From Clostridiales bacterium (GTDB lineage Bacteria; Bacillota; Clostridia; Christensenellales; Aristaeellaceae), in assembly GCA_012729115.1 (NCBI GenBank), contig JAAYDR010000113.1, forward strand, positions 14,207 through 78,206: 64,000 nucleotides of DNA, in the 5' to 3' direction. The notes under the pieces were generated by a model. That model was not told the DNA's origin and did no database searches. It saw only the letters and a list, made by a program, of their open reading frames with translations. Position numbers and translations under genes: made by a program. Below, one piece after another: positions 18,172-25,412 of this stretch; positions within the stretch are counted from its first letter, which is position 1, and every line of letters starts with the position of its first letter.

Positions 18172-18933
18172 CTATTTCACAAAATCATTGCAGGCCACCA
18201 CCGGAAGCGTCGCCCCCCCGTCAATGGTCAGCACGCTGCCCGTCATATAGGAAGCATCCTGCGAGGCCAGGTATACGATGGCTTTGGCAATTTCCGCCGG
18301 CTGTGCAAAGCGCCGCAGAGGCAGCAGCTTTTCTGCCTCCCGCAGGTGGCTGTCTGCCGGCCAGCCAATGTCCGTATAGCCGGGGGCCACGGCCACCATG
18401 CGCACGCCATGGGGAGCCAGTTCCATGGCGGCGTTTTTGGTAAACTTGCTTACCGCCGCCTTGGTGGGGCCATAGATGGTGGCCCTGGGCCAGCATCCCT
18501 CCGCCTGGTTGGAGGTCACGTTGATAATTACGCCGGAAATTCCTGCGGCAATCATTCCCCTGGCCGCATACTGGGCACAGAAAAACAAACCCTTCCAGTC
18601 CACAGCGGTTACCTTGTCAAAATGCTCCTCCGTGGCATCCAGAAAATAGACTTCGTCGCTGACACCCGCATTGTTCACCAGCACGTGAAGCCTGGAAAAG
18701 CGGGCGAAAATTTCTTCATACATCCGCCGGATATCATCCGTTCTGGCCAAATCCGCATACACCGGAAAAGCCTGAACACCCATGGATTCCGCCGCCTGGC
18801 ATACCTGAAGCGCCCCCGCTCTGTCGGAATGATAGTTGACGATGATGTCATACCCTGCCTGCGCCAGGGCCAATGCCGTGGCCTTGCCGATGCCTTTGGC
18901 GGCTCCTGTGATCAGGGCCGTTTTTCGCTCCAT
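18172..18933 (-). CDS. SDR-family oxidoreductase (candidate sugar 1-dehydrogenase)
   Basis: TGAAKGIGKA Rossmann motif, NNAG, and catalytic Y-x3-K (YGPTKAAV). The best start is ATG 18933 (GGAGG 8 nt upstream); the longest ORF reaches 18951. Confidence 0.9.
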   Translation of the reverse strand: MERKTALITGAAKGIGKATALALAQAGYDIIVNYHSDRAGALQVCQAAESMGVQAFPVYADLARTDDIRRMYEEIFARFSRLHVLVNNAGVSDEVYFLDATEEHFDKVTAVDWKGLFFCAQYAARGMIAAGISGVIINVTSNQAEGCWPRATIYGPTKAAVSKFTKNAAMELAPHGVRMVAVAPGYTDIGWPADSHLREAEKLLPLRRFAQPAEIAKAIVYLASQDASYMTGSVLTIDGGATLPVVACNDFVK

Positions 18934-19154
18934 ATTCATTTCCTCCCGCATGTCGAAAAGATTTGATTCAGCTTTTCACAATCACTTTTCTGTACGAGCG
19001 TAGTATAGGGGAGAGCTGGAGAAAGTGACATGGAGAAAACAGAAAAAAATATAAAAAACGGCACGGAGTAGTCTTTGGAAGGGCCTCCATCAAATCATCT
19101 CCTTTCGACACACCGGGCTTTCCATGGATCGTCAAGAGGCTCTTTTATTCCCAG

Positions 19155-19183
19155 TTGACGAACTTATGTTCGCGTGCTATACT
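19155..19183 (+). promoter_or_regulatory. SOS promoter: -35/-10 with embedded LexA (Cheo) box
   Basis: TTGACG (19155-19160), 17-nt spacer, TATACT (19178-19183). A perfect CGAACTTATGTTCG (19159-19172) matches the Firmicutes LexA consensus CGAAC-N4-GTTCG and occupies the spacer. Confidence 0.8.
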
Positions 19184-19240
19184 CAGTTCGAAAAAGCAGC
19201 GCTTTTTTAAGTCGCTCATACCTGCCGGATGGAGGAGAAT

Positions 19241-20488
19241 ATGGACCGCGTAATCCTTCATGTAGACGCAAATGCTTTTTATGCATCCGTCGAGTGTCTT
19301 TATCGACCCAACCTGAGGAACCTGCCCGTGGCTGTGGCAGGCAGTCAGGAGGATAGGCATGGGATCATCCTGACCAAAAACCAGCTGGCAAAACAGGCCG
19401 GAGTGAAAACGGGGGAGGCAATCTGGGAGGCTATGCAAAAATGCCCGCGGCTGGTATGCTTGCCGCCCAACTATCCGCTGTATGAGCGGTTCAGCCAGAA
19501 AATGGCGCACATCCTTCTGCAGTACACCAACCTGGTGGAGGCTTTTGGCCTGGATGAATCCTGGCTGGATGTCAGCGGCCCGAAGGTAACCATGCAGGAG
19601 GGCGAGCGTATCGCCGATGAGATCCGGAATCGCATTCGGGATGAGCTGGGCATCACAGTTTCCGTGGGCGTCTCCTGGAACAAGGTTTTCGCCAAGTTGG
19701 GCAGCGATTTGCGCAAGCCGGATTTCACCAATGTCATCTCCCGGGACAATTACAAGGAGGTGGCCTGGCGGCTGCCGGCCAGCGATCTGCTCTACGTGGG
19801 CCCCAGTACGCGAAAGAAGCTGGCCACCATGCGCATCCTGTCCATTGGCGATCTGGCCAACGCGCACACCGGCCTGCTGGACAGAAAGTTTGGAAAGATC
19901 GGAGGGCTGCTGAAGGCCTATGCCCTGGGCGCCGATATCACCGCCGTACATCCCGCCGACTATACCAGCGCGATCAAAAGCGTGGGCAACAGTTCTACGC
20001 CGCCCCATGATATATGCGATTTCCAGGACGCCCGCTGCCTCCTGTTCCTTCTTGCGGAAAGCGTGGGGGCGCGGCTGCGTGAAATCGGCCTGAGGGCAGG
20101 CTGCGTAACCGTCAGCGCACGGTCCACCAACCTGGTGACCCGCTCCAAGCAGCGGGTGCTGCCCCAGGCAACAGCGCTTACGAGGGATATTGCACAGATG
20201 GCGCTGACGCTGATGGAGGAGCGCTTTGGCAAAGATTTTCCTTACCGGAGCATGGGTGTATCCTGCTCTCATCTTGTGCCCATGGACACCCCAGTGCAGC
20301 TGGACTTCTTTGGAGACGCCGAGCAGCAAATCCGTGCGGAACGGCTGGAAGCCTCCATTGACGGTCTGCGCAAGAGGTTTGGGCACCAGATCATTCAGCG
20401 TGGTATTGTGCTGGCAGACCCGGCGTATGCGCGCGTCAACCCCAAGGGGAAACACACCATCCATCCGGTATCCTTTTTTGTGAGTTAA
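19241..20488 (+). CDS. dinB: Y-family DNA polymerase (DNA polymerase IV-like)
   Basis: MDRVILHVDANAFYASVE...GLDESWLDVSG...SVGVSWNKVFAKLGSD are canonical Y-family catalytic motifs. The start is ATG 19241 (after GGAGGAG) or 19229. Confidence 0.92.
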   Translation: MDRVILHVDANAFYASVECLYRPNLRNLPVAVAGSQEDRHGIILTKNQLAKQAGVKTGEAIWEAMQKCPRLVCLPPNYPLYERFSQKMAHILLQYTNLVEAFGLDESWLDVSGPKVTMQEGERIADEIRNRIRDELGITVSVGVSWNKVFAKLGSDLRKPDFTNVISRDNYKEVAWRLPASDLLYVGPSTRKKLATMRILSIGDLANAHTGLLDRKFGKIGGLLKAYALGADITAVHPADYTSAIKSVGNSSTPPHDICDFQDARCLLFLLAESVGARLREIGLRAGCVTVSARSTNLVTRSKQRVLPQATALTRDIAQMALTLMEERFGKDFPYRSMGVSCSHLVPMDTPVQLDFFGDAEQQIRAERLEASIDGLRKRFGHQIIQRGIVLADPAYARVNPKGKHTIHPVSFFVS

Positions 20489-20500
20489 GGAGAGAGCGCT

Positions 20501-20809
20501 ATGCAGCAGTATCAAAATCCCAACAAGATTCCCGTCATCGTGCGCGCCGATTTTCTGCTGGACGGCAGAATCAGACCGCTTTTGCTCCGCACCGCCTCAG
20601 GCCCGGCCATCAAAGTGAAGGTCAAGGGTTGCTGCGAAGCCCCCGCTTTGAAGGCGGGCGGCCAGGGAACGCGCTACACTTGTGATTTTGGAGGCAAAGA
20701 GCTATACTTGTTCCATGATGATACCCAGTGGTTTTTGGAAGTGGAAGACGGGCTGTTCTGGTTTGTAGATGAGAATGGGCAGGTCATCATCATTTCCAAT
20801 GAGGAGTAA
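20501..20809 (+). CDS. hypothetical 102-aa protein inside the SOS operon
   Basis: ATG 20501 lies 12 nt after the dinB stop and is preceded by AAGGAGAG. I recognise no family. The sequence has non-random, non-repetitive composition (IPVIVRADFLLDGRIRPLLL...GTRYTCDFGGKELYLFHDDTQWFLE). Confidence 0.65.
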   Translation: MQQYQNPNKIPVIVRADFLLDGRIRPLLLRTASGPAIKVKVKGCCEAPALKAGGQGTRYTCDFGGKELYLFHDDTQWFLEVEDGLFWFVDENGQVIIISNEE

Positions 20810-20851
20810 GCCCGCATACCCCGCAAATCATCAAAAACAGGGGGGGATAGG

Positions 20852-21454
20852 ATGTGTGGAAGATTTCATCTCATCAGTGAAGAAGATGAACGGGAGATGC
20901 GCGTTATCCTGGAGGAAATCGAAAACCGGTACAAGGACAAGCCGGAGCTTTCCGCCATGCAAACGGGGGAAATCTTCCCTACCCACATTGTACCCGTGCT
21001 GGCAAACAACAAAAAGCTGGAGCCTGCGGCCTTTCTGATGAAGTGGGGTTTTGCGCCCTTTCAAAAAGGCGGGAGACCTGTGATCAACGCCCGCAGGGAG
21101 ACGGCTTTAGACAAGCCCATGTTCCGCAAGCCGCTGCTGGAGCGGCGCTGCGTCATTCCCGCAAGCCATTATTACGAATGGGAAAAGCAGGGCGCTACCA
21201 AAGTCAGGCACGCCATCCGGCCCAGGGGGCAAAACATTCTCTATATGGCGGGCCTGTATCGAATCGAAGAGGAGCAGGTGCTGCCGGTGTTTACCATTCT
21301 CACCCGGCCGGCTGCGCCGGACATCGCCTTTATTCACGACCGGATGCCGGTGATCCTTTTTCCGGATCAGAGGGAGGCGTGGCTCAGGCCGGACGCGGAT
21401 GTCCGGGGTATCATGGAGCATTCCCAGGAGCAGATGAACTATGAAAGGATGTAG
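20852..21454 (+). CDS. SOS response-associated peptidase (SRAP; YedK/HMCES family)
   Basis: Starts MCGRF (catalytic Cys2). It also has INARRETALDKPMFR and ASHYYEW motifs. Confidence 0.9.
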   Translation: MCGRFHLISEEDEREMRVILEEIENRYKDKPELSAMQTGEIFPTHIVPVLANNKKLEPAAFLMKWGFAPFQKGGRPVINARRETALDKPMFRKPLLERRCVIPASHYYEWEKQGATKVRHAIRPRGQNILYMAGLYRIEEEQVLPVFTILTRPAAPDIAFIHDRMPVILFPDQREAWLRPDADVRGIMEHSQEQMNYERM

Positions 21455-22928
21455 ATTACGGATGAGGAAGCAGGTCCTTCGCGCGCTCTGCCTGTTTTGT
21501 ACGCTGGCGTTTCTCATGTTGCCCCCGGCTTGCGCGGAGGAAAGCGGCACGCCGGATCAAACGGCCGATTTCCCACAGCGTACCTGGATGGAGGCTTTCG
21601 ATGGTCTCCATGAACGGTTCTCCGCGGAATATGCGTTTACCGACTGGAAGGGGATTGATTGGAACGCGCTGGGCTCGCTCTGCCGGCAAGAGATTCAATC
21701 CGCACAGGAAAAGGAAGATTTCCAGGCTTATTACCTGGCCCTGCGGCGGTATATAAATTCCATCCCGGATGGACATGTGGGGATGTCCTCTGTGTCTGAG
21801 ATTGATCAGCAATTTGTCAGCGGGGGATTTGGCTTTTCCCCTGTGCTGCTGGATGGCAATGGGGTGATTGCAAACTGGGTGGACGAAACCTCTGAGGTGT
21901 ATCGCGCCGGGCTGCGTGCCGGGGACGAACTGCTCACCTGGAATGGCCAGCCCATCGCAGAAGCTGCCGCAGAGGTGCGTGCCATCTTCGCATCCAATGC
22001 TGCCACACAGGAGGACGCTATGCTCAAGCGTATGGCGTTTCTGGCGCGTGCAGGGGTGGGGGATAGGGCGGAGCTCAGCTTCCGCAGCACGGCAGGCCAG
22101 ATGGTCTCCGTGCCCCTCACCGCCTATGAAGATGGGATGATTACCATCAAAAAAACCTATCCTGTTGCAGTCGTTTCGGACAGGCTTCGGGAGATGATGC
22201 TTGGCATAGACAGCGGCGCGCCTCCGCTGACCGGCGTTGTTGAATATGAAATTTTGGATGGAAACGTTGCGTATATCCGCATTTGGGGCGAGCTTGACGC
22301 GGACCTGACGGACAGCGGCATCACACCCTCCACCGTGGCGCTGTTTCAAAACGCTGTGAAGTCGGCACAGGATGAGGGCTGCCAGGGGATGATCCTGGAC
22401 ATCCGCAACAATGTGGGCGGTTATGACGAGATGGCGGCGGCACTGCTAGGGTCATTCTACGCCCGGGAGACATTCTACGAGTACCAGAGTGACTACGACG
22501 GGGCCACCCATGCCCGTGTGATCCAGCGGTCCATGCCGGATTCGGACGCGCTGATGATCCGGCCGGCCGACACCGTTTTTACCGGCAGGGTGATCGCGCT
22601 GATCAACCAGAAGTGCGTAAGCTCCGGCGAAGGGCTGGCGCTTGGCATAAAGAATCTTCCCAATGGGGAAACACTGGGATACTACGGCACCAACGGTTCC
22701 TTCGGCATGACGGGCGGTCAGGCGTGGATGCCCGGCGGGTTATCCATTACATGGCCGCGGGGGCAATCGCTGGACGCAAATTATCAGGTTCAGCTGGACA
22801 GCCGGGACGGCATAGGCGGTGTGGCGCCGTCCATCCGTATCCCCATGACACGGGAGAACGCGCTCCTGGTCGCCCAGGGCGAGGATGTGGAGCTTGCCCA
22901 GGCGCTGGCCATTCTCCGTGAGAACTAA
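21441..22928 (+). CDS. S41-family peptidase with PDZ-like domain, secreted
   Basis: N-terminal signal/TM (LRALCLFCTLAFLMLPPACA), PDZ-like GLRAGDELLTWNGQPI, S41 core MILDIRNNVGGY and ALINQKCVSSGEGLA (Ser nucleophile). The start is ambiguous (21441 or 21462) and overlaps the SRAP stop. Confidence 0.85.
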   Translation: MKGCRLRMRKQVLRALCLFCTLAFLMLPPACAEESGTPDQTADFPQRTWMEAFDGLHERFSAEYAFTDWKGIDWNALGSLCRQEIQSAQEKEDFQAYYLALRRYINSIPDGHVGMSSVSEIDQQFVSGGFGFSPVLLDGNGVIANWVDETSEVYRAGLRAGDELLTWNGQPIAEAAAEVRAIFASNAATQEDAMLKRMAFLARAGVGDRAELSFRSTAGQMVSVPLTAYEDGMITIKKTYPVAVVSDRLREMMLGIDSGAPPLTGVVEYEILDGNVAYIRIWGELDADLTDSGITPSTVALFQNAVKSAQDEGCQGMILDIRNNVGGYDEMAAALLGSFYARETFYEYQSDYDGATHARVIQRSMPDSDALMIRPADTVFTGRVIALINQKCVSSGEGLALGIKNLPNGETLGYYGTNGSFGMTGGQAWMPGGLSITWPRGQSLDANYQVQLDSRDGIGGVAPSIRIPMTRENALLVAQGEDVELAQALAILREN

Positions 22929-22957
22929 CATCTGCCATTGTCCCCGCGCCTTTGGGC

Positions 22958-23812
22958 TCAGAAGATCATTTCATTTTGGGCTTCCTGGGCCTCATGGCGC
23001 AGCATTTCCCATTCCGCATCCGTCATTGGCTCGGTAAAGGCCCGGTCCACATGGTCCAGCATGAATGTGAAGTGCTCAATGTTGCCCGGCGGCACCAGCG
23101 TTTGGGCGCCCTTGGCCACCGCGTATTTCATCGCGGCCAGGCTCAGCGCCTCGTTGCCCCAGAGGGGCTGGCACCAGGATTTGGGGTAGACGTGCTCCTC
23201 GCCCTCCCGCCACATGCGGCGGACCAGTGTCTTCATACCCAGCAGGCCGATGCCCCGCTTTCCAACCTCCTGGGAGATACGGTCCCCCCAGCCCCGGTTG
23301 ATGCCCAGTGCCCAGTTGAGCGGGAACAACACCGTGTCAAAGCCATACATCGAAAGCGCGCGAAGCGCTACGTCCTCATTGTGGGCAGAAAACCCGATAT
23401 TTCGGATGATGCCCTGAGCCTTCGCTTTTTCAATCACTTCCATCGCGCCGCCGGGGCCGAAGGCCTGGTCCAGGTCGGCATCCGTGGTCAGCGCGTGCAG
23501 CTGATAGACATCGAAGTGGTCGGTCCTGAGCTTGCGCAGGGAGGCTTCCAACTTCTCGCGCGCACCCTTGGCGCTGCGTTCCTCGGTCTTGCAGGCCAGG
23601 TACACATCCTTACGGTAGGGCGCCAGCGCGGGGCCCAGCCGCTCCTCCGCGTTGCCATAGGTGGGAGCAACGTCAAAATAGTTGACGCCCGCATCGATTG
23701 CCTGGGCCACAAAGCGGTTGGCCTGCTCTTGGGACTCATCCATGTTGATGATCCCGCCAAACACCACAGCGGATGCGTTGATACCGGTTTTGCCCAACGG
23801 ATGGTATAACAT
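22958..23812 (-). CDS. aldo/keto reductase
   Basis: LGKTGINASAVVFGG...AIDAGVNYFDVAPTYGNAEERLG...HFDVYQLH are AKR signatures. A GGGAGG RBS is embedded in the end of the upstream gene. Confidence 0.9.
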   Translation of the reverse strand: MLYHPLGKTGINASAVVFGGIINMDESQEQANRFVAQAIDAGVNYFDVAPTYGNAEERLGPALAPYRKDVYLACKTEERSAKGAREKLEASLRKLRTDHFDVYQLHALTTDADLDQAFGPGGAMEVIEKAKAQGIIRNIGFSAHNEDVALRALSMYGFDTVLFPLNWALGINRGWGDRISQEVGKRGIGLLGMKTLVRRMWREGEEHVYPKSWCQPLWGNEALSLAAMKYAVAKGAQTLVPPGNIEHFTFMLDHVDRAFTEPMTDAEWEMLRHEAQEAQNEMIF

Positions 23813-23816
23813 TCCA

Positions 23817-25412
23817 TTACCTCCCTAGCTCTTTTATGATGGCATCTGCTGCCAGTTTACCCGTCATCACCGACACAGGAAGGCCGGAGGGGCTGAATGT
23901 CCACTGCCCGGCCTGATATACATGGGGAATGGGAGTGCGCACAGAATTTGTGATCTTTTGAAACCGGGACTCAGCAGGTACTTTGCCACCAAAGGACCAG
24001 CCGGTGATCGCTCCGTCGGTATTTACCGTGAGCTTCTCAATGGTGAGCGGTGTGGAGCACAGGGAATCCATCCGTTTTTCGCCGATGCCGGGCAGAGCCT
24101 GTTCCAGTTGCAAGAGCACCTGCTGCACACAAAACTCCTTGCACTCCGCATACCACCCATCCCGCCGGATGGCGCGTATCAACTCTGCAGAAAACAGCGT
24201 GCTGACGATCAGGCCTGTCTTCCCTTCAGGCGCCAGCGTGGCATCGCGAAGCACCGGGCAGGAGATCTCGTAGGTCGTCAATGCAAAATACCGGCCGAGC
24301 CAGGCTTCCAATGCTTTTCGTCTGGAATCTTTATCATCGTCATTGCAGCTCATCACCCAACTGCCCGGCCCCAAACTGGATAGCCCCCGGGCTAACGGCG
24401 TATAGAAGCAATGCGGGCCAAAGGCCTGTGCTGCAGCCTGCGGGGGAATGTCAAGCGCCAGGAATACCGATAAAACAGAATTCCCGCCCTGCCCTTTGGC
24501 AACCCGGGCGGCCTGCGCTTTATAGGCATGGGATGCGCCTGGGAAGGAGCCCGTCGCCTCGTAAAGGGATTTCGTATCCCCTGCCCAGACGAGCTTCTGA
24601 TAATGAACCGTCTGCCCCTGTGCGGTGGTCACCTGCCGAGACAGGGGATCAATGCCTGTGATCTCCGTTCCGCATTGGATTTCACCGCCATTCCCGCGCA
24701 GAAAGTCCACCATCGCACTCACCAGCGCGCCTGTTCCGCCTTTGGGGTACCGGTAGTCCATGTACAGTCCAAAGTAACTGAGCGCAAAGAATCCTGGTGT
24801 ATTCTGGAAAAAGTGCTGGGCGATCATATCCCTCAATGCGGTGTTTTGGGTGAGGCCGGACAAATGCTGCTCAATGGGCTGTAAGAACCGCTTCATCTTT
24901 TTCATGTTGATCTTGTAGCGAACCAGCCATGGCAGAACCGTGTGAAGCAGAAACTGAGGATTGTTTTTGAGATCCAGAAACAGCGGATTGTCAATGCCGT
25001 ACAGAACGTCCATGATGTCCATGACCTGTTCAATATTCTGCCGGATGGCATCAATCTCCCGCACATTTACCGGAAAGATCTCCCCCAGCATGGAGGAATA
25101 TGCCTCCAGCCCGCCTTCCGCAAGACGGACACTTCTGTCTCCCATCCGGATGGAGACCGGGTTGGGAAGAAACGGGAGGCTGATGCCCAGTTGCCGAAGC
25201 ATGGGCTCAATCACCCCCGAGTTTTCCACCGCACGCAGCCCGGCATCAAAATGGAAACCGTGCCGGGTGAAGTCCGCCACCAGTCCGCCAGGCTTTTGGG
25301 CCCGCTCAAACAGCAGTACCCGATACCCCGCTTTGGACAGATAACAGGCTGCGGTAAGTCCCGCCATCCCTGCTCCAACCACCAGCGCGTCATATGTATG
25401 GCTCACAGTCAT
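23817..25412 (-). CDS. FAD-dependent oxidoreductase, phytoene desaturase (CrtI)-like family
   Basis: N-terminal dinucleotide fold YDALVVGAGMAGLTAACYLSKAGYRVLLFERAQKPGG, and 531 aa with CrtI-like architecture. The ATG overlaps the upstream stop (ATGA). Confidence 0.85.
   Translation of the reverse strand: MTVSHTYDALVVGAGMAGLTAACYLSKAGYRVLLFERAQKPGGLVADFTRHGFHFDAGLRAVENSGVIEPMLRQLGISLPFLPNPVSIRMGDRSVRLAEGGLEAYSSMLGEIFPVNVREIDAIRQNIEQVMDIMDVLYGIDNPLFLDLKNNPQFLLHTVLPWLVRYKINMKKMKRFLQPIEQHLSGLTQNTALRDMIAQHFFQNTPGFFALSYFGLYMDYRYPKGGTGALVSAMVDFLRGNGGEIQCGTEITGIDPLSRQVTTAQGQTVHYQKLVWAGDTKSLYEATGSFPGASHAYKAQAARVAKGQGGNSVLSVFLALDIPPQAAAQAFGPHCFYTPLARGLSSLGPGSWVMSCNDDDKDSRRKALEAWLGRYFALTTYEISCPVLRDATLAPEGKTGLIVSTLFSAELIRAIRRDGWYAECKEFCVQQVLLQLEQALPGIGEKRMDSLCSTPLTIEKLTVNTDGAITGWSFGGKVPAESRFQKITNSVRTPIPHVYQAGQWTFSPSGLPVSVMTGKLAADAIIKELGR

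Noticed and set aside
19145-20515. 456-aa minus-strand ORF.
   Set aside because: It is antisense to dinB, which has canonical Y-family motifs and an SOS promoter. It has no RBS or motifs of its own.
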